DNA from: Paecilomyces variotii
Lineage: Eukaryota
Length of the DNA stretch: 64,000 bases
Strand: one strand, 5' to 3'
Assembly (NCBI GenBank): GCA_004022145.1
Contig: RCNU01000008.1
Both the position numbers and the translations under genes were made by a program. Shown here piece after piece: positions 15,070 to 27,116 of this stretch. Within the stretch, counting starts at the first letter, position 1. Each line of letters starts with the position of its first letter. The notes below the pieces were generated by a model. The model was not told the origin of the DNA, did no database searches, and was given only the letters and a program-made list of their open reading frames with translations.

Positions 15070-15300
15070 TCAATTGGATCGTTCCTCGCGAACACTTCGT
15101 CGATATTGCCGCTTCGTACGACGTCGCGATCGGTTGTCGCGATCACTTCGGGATCGACGAGTACGACGTCGCGCTTTGCGTTCTTCCTGGGCAGCTACAG
15201 CAGCAACAACACTAGTAACTACTCCGGTAGCAGCTCCAATAGCTGCAGTGATCAATATAACGGTAGTGTCGACTTCGGTATCGGAGTAGGTTGCCGACAT
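15070..15300 (-). CDS. Candidate 76-aa microprotein: hydrophobic Ala/Val/Gly/Thr segment followed by an Arg-rich tail
   Basis: ATG in CCAAAAATG context, C/A-rich UTR-like upstream sequence, strongly biased composition; no known domain. Confidence 0.45.
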   Translation of the reverse strand: MSATYSDTEVDTTVILITAAIGAATGVVTSVVAAVAAQEERKARRRTRRSRSDRDNRSRRRTKRQYRRSVREERSN

Positions 15301-16092
15301 TTTTGGTGTAAGCAGGTAAACTGGACGAAGTTGAAGTCCTAGTTAGATGCTCTACTCCTAACTATTTGATGTTGCGGCGGAAGTGCTGATGATTACTTAA
15401 TAATTGTCGCGTTGAGCCGAGGTTCGTTGCGGGGTTATCTAATCTGAATCTGCCTTTATTTACCCGATTTGTCGGTGATTTCTGACAAGACTTGGAGAAG
15501 TTTGGAGATTGAAATTAGATGAAGGGCTCATGATCATAGACTATATAGGATTAAGTAATGTTAATACGATATAAATATTGCTATTCTGGTGTAGTGGGTA
15601 TAAATTTGGTGGGTATTGAAGTTGAACTTGGCGATGAAAGAGCTAAATCGGGTGTAGATAAAGTACACTTATTACTTGACAGGGGTTATTGCAAATCATC
15701 GTGATACTTATGTAGAACAGTACAGATTGTAATCGAGATAAAACTTAGATTAGCGTCGCCAATGGATCGAGTTGGGTACAGGCTGACAAGCTTCAGTCTG
15801 GAGTGGACTCCAGCAACAGATCAGGGGAAATAGATGTTATCTAGTCGACATACCCCTTCATACGTGGAGGCTATAGTAATAAACAATGCTTTCGAACTCG
15901 TGAAGATTATATATATATATATATTTAATAGTTCCGTTATAACAGCCAATTCGTTAGGCTGATCGTATCCTCATAACATTGTAAGAGAGACGACGGGGCA
16001 GTGGGACTAATAAATCCACATCAGATAATGAAGGGCATCTTGGTGTCCTCTTCCAAAAATAACCACACCCATGTTATGCTCTCATCTCATGT

Positions 16093-16635
16093 TCAGAAGA
16101 ACTTGCTGACCTGGCTGTGGATCTGCTGGTTGACAAACGAGTTGACGCTAGAGTCAAGACCCTGAGGGATCTGTCCGTCGATGGCCTTGTCGACGAACTG
16201 GTCAATTTGGTTCTCAACCGCGGAGCCACCGAGGCCGCTGAAGCCACCCTGGCTGTTGCTGTTGCTGTTGTTGTTACTGTTGTTCTGGCTCTGGTTGGAG
16301 TTGTTGTCCTGGTAGGAGTCGTTTCTCTGGTTGGAGTTGTTTCCCTGGTAGGAGTCGTTGCCCTGGTTGGAGTTGTTGTCCTGGTAAGAGTCGTTGCTCT
16401 GGTAAGAGTCGTTGCTCTGGTTGGAGTTGTTTCCCTGGTAGGAGTCGTTGCCCTGGTTGAAGTTGTTACCCCGGTTGGAGTCGCTGTTGGAACCTCCCTG
16501 GTTGTTCAGGAAGCCTGGAAACAAGCTCGATTAGCATGAACCTCAAACAAGGACAATGAGCCCTGAGAGAGCATTCTGTGAAAAGGGGAACACACTCTCT
16601 GCCTGGTTCAGCAGACCGCTGAAGTTTCCGCTCAT
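16093..16635 (-). CDS. Small Asn/Gln/Ser-rich protein (153 aa) with hexapeptide repeats and an amphipathic C-terminal tail; intron 16515-16595
   Basis: MSGNFSGLLNQAE-S|FLNNQGG joins in frame across a GTGTGT..CAG intron with a GCTAAT branch site; AGGGG (STRE-like) motifs upstream. Confidence 0.8.
16294..16473 (-). repeat. Coding 18-bp tandem repeat, ~10 units (Q-[GSDR]-N-[DN]-S-[YN])
   Basis: RGNNFN QGNDSY QGNNSN QSNDSY QSNDSY QDNNSN QGNDSY QGNNSN QRNDSY QDNNSN. Confidence 0.95.
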
Positions 16636-18019
16636 GGTGTCGACGAGGAAGATGTTCTGGTTTTTGATTGGTTCAGATAGAAGTGGCAGATCCGTAAGGA
16701 GCGTGAGAAGGATGAAGAGGGCAGTGATCAAATCAAAAGACCTACGGCATCCTCGGAAGGGGGTTATTTATGCCTCTTTGTACTCGCATTTCCCCCCTAT
16801 TGATGGTGGGGTGTTCGTATCGCGAATCTGAGATCTCAGAACGCCTAAGACGAAGCGTAGCCCTCATTGGCACAACCATATCTACCGCCGAGGAGGGGCC
16901 GGTACATACGCGGCTGGTGCAAAGCTTGTTCTGGACAAGCCTCCAGCACAGCCATTGAGATGGAGACGCATAGTTCGTCAACAATTGGTTACAATGCCTT
17001 CATCCGCTGTGTGCGCCATCTCGAGAGGCTGAACTAGTGATATCACTAGCACAAGCGAAGGCTCACTATTATTATCTGTGAATCTTTCTGGTCCGGTCAG
17101 AAAATTGAGCTGAAATGAATGTGCGGCGTGATCTGTGTGGACGTACGGTATTACATACATTGGAATCGAGTGCAGATCTTTGCGTGATCTACCCTGGAGA
17201 TACTCACCACATGGCGGCTGTTATGGGGCCACTTGGGACATCTATAGGTATCTATCGGAGATCTGAAAGTTCATAACCATATTATGGGTGACTCCGTAAG
17301 TAGCGCTCAAAAGAAGCAGGCCGGCTTAGAGCCTAAGGCGAAAGGTAGGTCGTGTTCGTGTCATCCGGGTAGACAGAATAGACAGAAAACAGTGTTATGG
17401 GCGTGCCGGCACGGCTTTTCCAGAGACAGCGAAGAATCTCCGTGGCTCCGACCTTTGTGCTTTTATATCCGCCACTAATAGCGTTAGTGTCTGATATATC
17501 GTTAGTCGGATCCACGTGTTCGCCATTATTCTATGTGAGAAATACCCCCAATGTTCCATGAACTCCGGTGAAGAGCGGATTCAGCCCCAGCTAGGAGATC
17601 TATCGGATCTCCAATATCCTTGGACACGACCTCGCTCGATCCATGGTACTTTTAAATTATGCGAGATATAGACATTGTTCTATCGGTCAGCATGCAAGAT
17701 TCTATATTGTGTTGTACCGTCCCGGAGTTCTCAATTCAGATCCAGTGATCTCACGGTGCGGAACTTCTCTATTTCTGACTCCCTGAACTAGTACCGGGGA
17801 AATATGAGTTGGTCTCTAAAAAACATCAGAATGAAGAGTGTTCCTGATATCGAATACCCGGTTACAGATTATGTGGAACATGCTTGAACACTATGAGCTG
17901 GCATCCAGGATTCAACGAATCTACCCGCGTTGAATATGTATATCTATGTGCGCATACATAGCTTTATATATGTTTTATTTTCTACCCCCCAACATTAATA
18001 TATAGAATTATATATTAAC

Positions 18020-18170
18020 TACTCAAGAAATATTTATTAATCATATGAAGGTTCGATTTTACGCCGTCGGCGCGCCATAACTGAATATCTAGTGCGGTGG
18101 AAAGGATTGGGTCCGGAGTTTGACGCCTGGTATAATCTGAAAGACCTAGGCGACGCAAAGGAGCTTACAG
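18020..18170 (+). mobile_element. Degenerate Ty3/Gypsy (chromovirus) integrase chromodomain remnant
   Basis: RRRRAITEYLVRWKGLGPEFDAWYNLKDLGDAKEL matches the chromodomain YLV[KR]WKG..P..D.W pattern; frameshifted, preceded by AT-rich, TpA-rich DNA. Confidence 0.75.
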
Positions 18171-19613
18171 CCTGCTTCTCGTGGTATTTGTGGAGGAACT
18201 CTTGGTGCAGCCGTCTTGCCAAAGTGCACAGGCTATCCTGGGTTCGGTACTCTGGAAAGAGAAGATGGAATCTTAAGAGATAATACAGACAGGAGTGCAA
18301 ACAATATTTGTGCTTCCATCTGTAGCAAGGGCACCAGTATGGTCTTTCTTATATCGAAGTTTATCGATCTGTTCGGCCTTTCCAGTTGCATGAAGAATCC
18401 TTGTGATGATTGTATAGATTTCGAGGAGCACCGGTTCTGGAGGGTCATACGGCGTGTTATGATTCACGAACTTCACTCTATTCCCGTTTCTTCTCAGTAT
18501 CCAAGTGTCGTTATGGTCTCCTCATTGTCCGCGAACTGCTTGTCCTCTATGTCGAATTTGATCGGCCACTTGCTTTCATTAAACGGTCTAATAATCCTCG
18601 GGATCGGGAAAGAAGAGCGCCTTCACGGAGATCCTGATTCGTGGCACTGGCAGGCGGATCATCTCCTCAACGTCTTCTGGGGTTGCAAGGCTTTTCTGAG
18701 CACTCAAAACGTCGTCGAAGCAGCTGTTAGATTCGGAAATCCGTTCCAGGAAGAACTCCGCATAACGAGAAACACCCAACAACGCGAGAGCAGAAGACTT
18801 TGGCGCAAGAAACTCCTTCACGAAATTGCGCCTCTACTTCATGATAAAGAACAGTTGGGAATTGACCAGTACGGGCAAAATCGAAATTCCCTCATTTGAG
18901 TTTGTATTGGATAGTGTATGTACGAGTCCAGTCGGTAGCTTCGAAGGCGATTGCAAATTTGCAAAAAAAAAGGCTCTGCAAGAATTTGGCCCTCGTTATG
19001 GTGCTCCGCAGGTCATTAATAGACTTCTGAATGAACCCGATTCGTCTGCATAATGATAGGAAATATCTATTAAATATCACTCATCTTTCGCCTTGACCCG
19101 CTGTTCGGAGTCAAACTGCCATGTCCCTAGCGAGAAAAGGATGATATGGGCACACTCAGTGATTGTTATAGCCTTATTTGCAGTGGCTGACTTCTCCTCC
19201 AGCAAGTTGGTGAGAACGCATCTATGGCCGTCTCTGGCCAAGCACACCTTTTTGAGCCATTCCTGATCATTGCGGCTATACAGATCTACCAACTATGAAG
19301 TCATATCTTAGACGGAATCTTCGAGCCCGAGACGCGATGCTTTTTCTTGGAAGCGCCTCTGGTGGATGACCGCAAAGGTGCGTCTGCTAGTGGCTATGAC
19401 AAATATCACTCGACCCGCTTACATAGAAAGTAATAGTCCGTAAGAGAGAGAACACGCAAGTTGTCGTATATTGCTATCATCTTTGCATCCTTTAATGTCG
19501 TCCAGTAAACAGTTGACCCTATCCGCTAGCAAGTTCTCAGGAGACATTCGCAGCATTAGACTCATATCATCGTTCGAGTCTTCCTTTGTGTATTTTCGAG
19601 TATATACAGGCAT
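18170..19613 (-). pseudogene. HNH endonuclease-domain (HNH_2-type) gene, disabled by stops, frameshifts and an internal insertion
   Basis: WLKKVCLARDGHRCVLT...ECAHII, FAIAFEAT..TYTI, PPEPVLLEIY..ITRILHATG...LATDGSTNI motifs spread over several frames; intron ~19388-19422; in-frame TAA/TAG/TGA. Confidence 0.8.
18486..18885 (-). other. ~400-bp insertion flanked by a 6-bp direct repeat (ATTCCC at 18480-18485 and 18886-18891)
   Basis: Removing the insert plus one repeat copy restores the HNH frame (...QYKLK*GN|RVKFVNHN...). Confidence 0.6.
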
Positions 19614-20912
19614 TCCTGCTCAGTTATTATCAGATTCTCCGAGCTGATAACTCTCACGTCGTCAGTGCACGGAGAGAGGGCAGCCTGGACCTCTGTATAT
19701 GGATTCGACCTTGTATGGCCCGGTAGCTCAGGAAATATAAAAGAAGAAAGCAGTAAGTAAAAGCCAGCACGGTAGGCCAGGCCCTAAAGAAGTGGTAGAA
19801 CCGGCCCACTGTGCGCGCGAGGAAGAGAAAGAAAGATGAAGAGGAAAGGGGCGAGAGACGCATTTTTATGCCCGAGGAGGGGGCATTAACTCCATTTCTA
19901 CCGTGAATGCAAAAGGGAAGGAATGCAGCAGACAGATATAGGGACACATGGTGACTGACGACGATGAATGGCGCAGATTAATATCACGGTGGATGAAGCT
20001 AGCCGGTGACTGTGTCAGCGCACAAAGCGTACGTCCAGATGGTCTGTCGATCATCCGTTCGCAACAAGTTCTTTGGTATCTTAATTCTAGGATAGTTAGA
20101 ACCTACTAGATTACTAGGATCTAGATGCTTTGTATGCTATAGAGATAAATATGGGTTCAAAACCCCCTCTAAAACTAGAAGCAAGTAAGCAATTCAGGCA
20201 ATCAGCTAGCTGGTTCAAATCAGACCATGCTTCTGTGACATTTCAGATTCGACAGACTGCAGGCCAGCAAGGGAATATAGAAGTAAAAGACCATGGTATA
20301 GGATGGGCAAAGAAGGGGGTAGGTATAAGCAGCCAACGGCCGGGGTCCAGAGTAGTAATTGATATTTTGAACACACCAATAAGAAACTAGCATCTAAACC
20401 GAAGGAAAATGCTCGAAATTAGAGCTTCTAAAACGGCCTAAAAAAACAGCATCTAATTAGCTAGATTAAATATCAAATGATCCCTCGACACCCAAAAACA
20501 TGCCCCCTTTGCTCGCAGTATTATATGGCCCCAAGCTTTGAATTTCCCCCTCAAATAAGACACCGGAGAGAGCCTTAACACTTTGTTCAAGATTGTATAA
20601 GAGACGATCAATATACACTATATGCATACTTACTCCTCGATGCATCGAGTCTAGACCAGATCGAGCGCCCAGGCGGACGGAAACGCCAAAAGAAAAATTT
20701 CCCCGGTCGTTGACAACTTTATCCGCCACCAAAGAACCATAGAACGAGGACAGTGGTACACCATCGTCTTGCAGTGCGCTTCTTTCGCACTCTTCTTCTT
20801 TCTTTCATGCGAGTTTCGTTTTCTTGATTTCCTTGCACTTCTCTCCCTCGTGGCTCCTTCTCCTCGCATCCTTGCCTACTTGGCGCGGCGAGGCCGGTAC
20901 CCCACGCCCAGC

Positions 20913-22639
20913 ATGGCTCTCACGCCGGTCGAACATACATTCCATGTCCCTCCTCCAGACCCGGTTGAACCGCCTCCAGACGTCGCAGTGACGCCCTGTG
21001 ATCCGTGGCCAGCGCCCTACTATCTCGAGGGAGGCTTGCGCAGAGTCAAGCCCTATCATTATACCTACAATACCTACTGCAAGGAGCGATGGCGGGGTAG
21101 GGAACTGTTGGAGATTTTCCTATCGGAATTCAGAGATAGAGAGCCGGAGTATTATGTTAGTCTTCCTATTGAGATATACGTCCATGCAGGTTCAGTTCGA
21201 GTTACTGACCAGAATCTGCTCTACAGAAGTGGGCCATCGAGACCGGCCAGGTCACTGTTGGCGGCAAAACCGCAACCACTACGACAAAGGTTCTCAACGG
21301 CCAGGTCGTATCTCATACCCTCCATCGTCATGAACCTCCCGTGACTGCTCAGCCGATTGGTGTAATCCATGAGGATGACGATATGCTTGTGATTGATAAA
21401 CCGGCCGGTGTGCCTGTCCACTCTGCTGGGCGATACCACTTCAACTCGATCGTCGAGATCCTACGCGCAGAACGTGGCGGATGGAAACCGCTCCCCTGTA
21501 ATCGGCTCGACAGGCTCACGTCCGGTGTTATGTTCATTGGGAAACACCCCAAAGCAGCAGAGAAGATTGCCAAGCAGTTGCAGGAGCGCAGCGTGCAGAA
21601 GGAATATATTGCGCGGGTGAAGGGCAAGTTTCCGGAGGGAGTTGTCGTCTGCGACCAACCTATCGTTTCAGTCAGTCCAAAGCTGGGATTGAACAGGGTT
21701 AGAGCGACAGGAAAACATGCGAAGACGAAGTTCCGCCGCGTCGCATATTACCCCCCGCGTTCTCAGCGGCCGCAGGTTGCTCCGGAAAATGGAGACAATA
21801 CTGACGATGGTCGTAAAGCTGCTACACCGCCACCCTCAGATGTTGCCAACGAGGATGATGGTTATAGTATCGTTCACTGTCTACCGCTGACCGGTCGTAC
21901 GCATCAAATCCGTGTACATCTACAATTCCTTGGCCACCCGATCACCAACGACCCCATCTATTCAAACCGCCGCGTGTTTGGACCGGATCTGGGCAAGAAC
22001 GAAAGTTCCTCCGAGCGTGATCAGGAGATCATCGAGCGCTTGTCGGCTATGGGAAAGACGGAAATGGCTGAGACGGTTGCGTACCGTACACATCTGACCA
22101 CACCCCCTCGGGTCCCGCCTGGCACTGATCCTGCTGTTATCGACCAGATCATGGCGCGTGAACATGATGCTGCTGTTGTCGACTACTACAAGAAAAAGGG
22201 CGAGAAGCTGTCTGGCAAGAAGTGCGAGATCTGTAACACGGAGCTATATACCGACCCCGGTCCCCATGAACTTGGTATCTATCTGCATGCTGTGGCCTAC
22301 GCTGATAAGGCCGGCGACTGGAAGTACTGCAGCAAGATGCCTTCATGGGCGCTTCCGCCTCCAGGAATGGATGGTTTAAGAGAGACTCCTGATTGGAAGG
22401 ATGCTGAGGAAGGTGAGGAGATCACCATCGGCGGAGGAACCATTCCCGGTATGATTGAAGACGACGAAGGGACAAAGGACGAAGTCCAAGCTCTCGTGCG
22501 AGGCGTTGGCATTGTCGATATCTCAGGGACGAGAGCTGAGGGACAGTCAAAAGGAGAGCAGGAATCCCCCTTTCCGCGCCCGGCTGAGGAGGAGGAAGTC
22601 CAACCAGCGCCAGCTGTCATCGCTGCGACAGCAAGTTGA
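20913..22639 (+). CDS. RluA-family pseudouridine synthase (Rib2/Pus8-Pus9-like); intron 21156-21226
   Basis: [36 protein letters not shown] (catalytic Asp), [18 protein letters not shown]. Confidence 0.92.
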
Positions 22640-22901
22640 GTTTGGCTTGTGGTTCCAGACTGTTCAGCCGATGGCCGCGTTGGAGGTTACATATAAAAGT
22701 CTTGCCATATATAATACTGCATAGCGTCTGTTCCGTTTATTCAATACCATTTCAGCTACATATAGATCAATCGATTTGAAAAGGGCGATGAGTCTCTGAA
22801 CATCGATCCTCCATTCTCAACGTCATCGTTATTTAGGCACCTCCTCGCAAGGGGTATCTGTTTCTCCTCTATAGAAGTATCTGAAAGCACACCTTTATTA
22901 T

Positions 22902-24224
22902 TCAACCCTGCAGAGTCAAACTGATCTTCTCACCGTCCTTTTCACCACTCTTCAAAAACTTCTCCAGGATCTCCAGATCTGCCAGGGCCTCACTCACCGT
23001 CTGCCTTCTGTCCAATGGCCCACCCTTAGCGACAGAAGCGGCGAAGTCCGCTACCTCATCCTTAACGCCCCTACCATCATACTCAACATCCTGCTTCACT
23101 CCATTGACGGTAACACCGTCAAATGTGAGTGTCACCACTCCCCCGTCACACGCAATCTCATATGCAGTGTCCTTGAAGTCGGACCCGAAGGACACAGAGA
23201 AAATACCTGTAGCACCTGACTTCGTCTTCAGGACCGCATCGACCGTATCTACAGGCGCTAGGTGTTCCTGCAGCAGACGCGTTTGGGCGGACAGGGTGGT
23301 GATTGGGTCTGTCGGGCCCAGAAACAAGCGCAAACCCGCGATGAAGTGCACACCTCCGTCGAGGAGGAAGCCTCCTTGGTGAGAGGGTGCTTTGCGCCAC
23401 TCAGTCACTATAACAAAGTCAGCAACACATCGTCAACACAGACCTATGACTTTCAAATAACAGTCCAGTAAAAAGAGATCTCTTACAGTAATACTTGGAA
23501 TCCGGCTGTATCTTCGTATGCATATTCACGCGGAAATTCCTAACACGGCCCAATTTTCGAATCTGCTCGGCCGCATAGACGTACTGCTTCATGTAGCGAT
23601 AGTTCTCCGCCACGCCCCAGAAAACCTTGCTCGTATCGACGTTGGATTCGTACCAGTTTATGAGCTCCTGCGCTGCCGCGATGTCCTGGCTGATGGGCTT
23701 CTCGGACAGGACATGCTTTCCTGCAGAAAGAGCCTTACGTACGAATTCTGGTTGAATCGGGATTGGGAGTCTGTATTATATCGTTAACATCTTTGGCTCT
23801 CCTGGTCAATAAGAAAAAAGAAAAGAGAAAAAAAAAAAGAAAATCAATCTTCATACGCAATGATAGCTGCCTGAATATCCTCACGAGCAAGAAGATCATC
23901 ATAAGTCTTTCCAGAGCCGGAATCTTCAGAATATAGATCGACGCTCGAGTTCTCGCCGATAAGGTTCTGTGCTGATTTCAATGACCGCGAGTAGATGGCC
24001 TTGAGGGTGAAGTCCTTGGCTGCCTGTACTGCGGGCTGAAATAGTAGTTGACATTGTTAGGATATGTATGTATATGGCGCGTTACGGGAATAGAGATATC
24101 CATACCAAGTGCTCTTCCCGGGCAAATATCCCTAGATCGATTCATTAGTTTGGTTTATAATTCGAAGAAGCATCTAGATGCATGAAGACGTACCGCTTCC
24201 TACGATGACGACGCCGAGAGACAT
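22902..24224 (-). CDS. Gfo/Idh/MocA-family NAD(P)-dependent oxidoreductase (multi-exon)
   Basis: N-terminal IVGSG-IFAREEHL Rossmann start, GKHVLSEKPI, AENYRY, GGFLLDGGVH. Confidence 0.88.
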
Positions 24225-25092
24225 GTTGGGCTGTGTATGTATGTATATAGGGTTTTGTGTAGTCACTTGAGCAATAGATTGGCTTTTATGGGGGAAATAA
24301 GTATGAAGCGTGAAAGTTATGAATGGAGCTATGTACAGGTGTCTGTTCACCTTTTTAAACTGCAGTCTTTTTTCTTTAAGGCCTCCTAAGTACGGTTCCT
24401 GTACGATAAGTAGCGAACGGTCGGAAAACGTGGGGCAGGATATTTTTGACTAAGTACTCCATCGAATTTACCCACCGACCAACGCGAGATTCAGGTACCA
24501 GACTGACCGGGCAGGTCAACCCGCGGGCGAGCTTCACGTTTCAAACCCAACTCTGGGACAGTGGAACGACTAAGTAGAACCGACCGGAATCGAGATCCTC
24601 GCGATGACATCGATGAGCACGTTATGGGATACTCGTGATTGGGACAGCCCCGTGAGAGCGATCATCTCCCTGAAGAAACCCAGAGTGACTCTGTCAGGAT
24701 CACGTTTCGACTGTAAAGCATGACTTGAGACGAGATTTCCCTAGCTAGACTACACTTAAAGGCGTGATGGCTTGCCCCATCTCGTGCCTTGATTTTTGCG
24801 CGCGTGGGCGAGGGAATAGATCGTGGCGTCTGCCTTTCTTTTTTACCGGCGTTCCAGGGAAAGAGAAAAAAGCTTGTATTTCTTTTTTGTTCCTGGCTCT
24901 TGATTTCACATTCTTCTTCTGCTGTTACACATTATCAGAGGCGATATATATATATCTATTATTACCTTTGTGGTAGATCCAGGTTGAGAAGATTATATCT
25001 ATTTATTTTAGAAGATTTTGCGATAAAAAGAGCTCGGCGCTTAAGGATCAACCCCGCGCTAGGATAATTACGTCCAGTTAAGAGGCAGCGCG

Positions 25093-26327
25093 ATGGGATC
25101 GGACACGCTGACGGAGAAGATCCATGCCGCTACGAGGTAAGGATCCGACAAGGATGCTCTACGCCTGTTCAACATGGGTCTCTTCTTATAATAGATAACA
25201 TTGTCTTTCTCTTGGGATCTAACTAACGGCAATAAAATTCTCTCAGAGCGCAGCATAAAACCCTCAACCGTTTGATTACCGCCCGTCTGCCCCTCAGTCT
25301 GCCACCGCATGCCAACAGCACTCAGCTATATGCGTTGGGTCTATCGCGCATCGCAGAGGTATATTATGCTTTCGAGAGGACATGGCTACGACAGATGAAC
25401 GCCTCTGACCAGCTGGCGGAGGCTGTAAGAGAGGACTACGATGTACTCGGCTCCTTTGTCAATGATAATGCAGGTCGCATCAGGAATGTCCTTCGTCAGG
25501 TCTACCTCCCGAAAATCCTCAGAAGTAGAAGGCTACGATCAGATCTGCGCGCGCTGCGGTTTGGCGGAAGTGCAGAATCGAAGCATGGCGAGGCTGGAAA
25601 GAATACGACAAGACGGCCACAGACAGCCGTGGAAGCTTTCGTATCGCACATCGAACGTACCCTTTCCAGCAAACCGCACGTTATCCTAGCCTACGCATGG
25701 CTCATGTACATGGCCCTCTTCAACGGCGGGCGCTGGATCCGCGATCGCCTCATCGAAGGCGGCCCTGCTTTCTGGACCGATATCACAAACGCATCATCGC
25801 GACAGACTTGCCCTCTTTCCCAGAAACACCACCGTACACACCTCACCGAGTCGTACCTCTCGTTTTGGAGCTTCGATAGTGATCAGGATGGCGAAGACAT
25901 TAAACTCGAGTTCAAGAAACGCATGGACGTCGCCGGAGATCTCCTCACAGAAGTGGAACAGACCCAGGTCATTGCAGAAGCTGTGGAGATCTTCCATCGA
26001 CTCGAGCAGATCATCGCTGAGATCGATCTCGATATTGCGCGTGGAGCCTACCGTGATAGTCGCGTTCTGCAGCCATCTGATCACCTCGCATCCGGCTCTC
26101 TCACCCTGTCTCTTCTTCCGCAGAGCATTGCCAGACACCAAGCGCCCCCGCGCATGTACATCCGTCCACTTCTTGTTGGCGTGGCTGGTCTGCTGGGCGG
26201 TATATGTGCCTGGCTTTGGCGTGTGAATGCGGATGCAGTGCAATGGAGCTACCATGTCTGGGCTGGTGAAGATGATCTAGTCGAGTATGCTGGACAGGGA
26301 TCTACCTTTTCTTCTTTTACGGATTGA
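25093..26327 (+). CDS. Heme oxygenase-like protein with a C-terminal membrane anchor; intron ~25137-25246
   Basis: IHAATR|AQHKTLNR, PHVILAYAWLMYMALFNGG, DIKLEFK, VIAEAVEIF; C-terminal hydrophobic LLVGVAGLLGGICAWLW. Confidence 0.82.
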
Positions 26328-27116
26328 TCATTTCGGTGAATTTGGCTGGATTACTCAAGCGATTATCTATATTCTTTCTTTTCGTCGTCTCTGGTTAGAC
26401 TTGTGTGTGAGGGTTGTATGATACCCCTGGCTATATATGCTAAATTTGTGTTTCTGCTATCCATCGGCAGCGATGAAGCATCGCATGGCGTTGATTGATT
26501 CTCTTACTATTAGGTCATATCTAGATCATTTTTACGAAATCAATATATTATATTGTACAGTACTTCCACATTTTTGCCATCCTTACAAACAATAATAAAG
26601 ACTACCACCTACCGATGAAAAATCCACGGGCACCCAGACGACTGCCTGTCCGGTTCTAGTAGGTGAACAGCGCCGACCCGAGGTCGCGCAACTACGATAC
26701 TTAATTAGCGACACTACGTTCTCCTTGCCATGTAACCATGGTTCCATCTCTCTCTCAGATATCCTTTAATTGATTGCTATTTATTTATAAAAGCGCAAGT
26801 TAACGACGCTGCTATTGGATGAGATAGAGAAGAAAGTCAGCTTGTTGACCCTCTAACTTGAACATTTCATCAGCAAATGCATTGGGCACCTCCCGATAAG
26901 TATGTTGACCTAGGCGCTAGTTAATTGATTTGTTAGTTGTAATCACCACAGCCCAACTAGTTAGTTAGCGGTGATAACCTTGCATTTGTGTTTCAGAGGG
27001 TCTATGTAGTTAGGGAACAACTTCCCGCATTACTCAAACTGCAGGACTGTTAAGCTTTTGAAATTGTAGGTGATTTCTTTTTAACTTCATCAATCACTGT
27101 TGAAATCCTTGTAATC

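Noticed and set aside
16294..16473. CRISPR-like appearance of tandem repeats
   Set aside because: Contiguous coding repeats without unique spacers; eukaryotic context with no cas genes
16117..16539. Val-rich, TM-looking 140-aa ORF on the plus strand
   Set aside because: Reverse complement of AAC/CAG/GAC repeats in the N/Q protein; splice signals and start context support the minus strand
18216..18899. 227-aa plus-strand ORF
   Set aside because: Non-ATG start, antisense to HNH motifs, spans the insertion junction, no recognisable domain
20090..20650. CTAG/TA-rich stretch suggestive of a decayed transposon or solo LTR
   Set aside because: No TG..CA ends, TSD, TIR or TE protein motif could be identified by eye
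9038..24224. Dehydratase plus Gfo/Idh/MocA oxidoreductase as a sugar-oxidation gene cluster
   Set aside because: About 12 kb apart with unrelated genes between them; no lactonase, aldolase, transporter or regulator nearby
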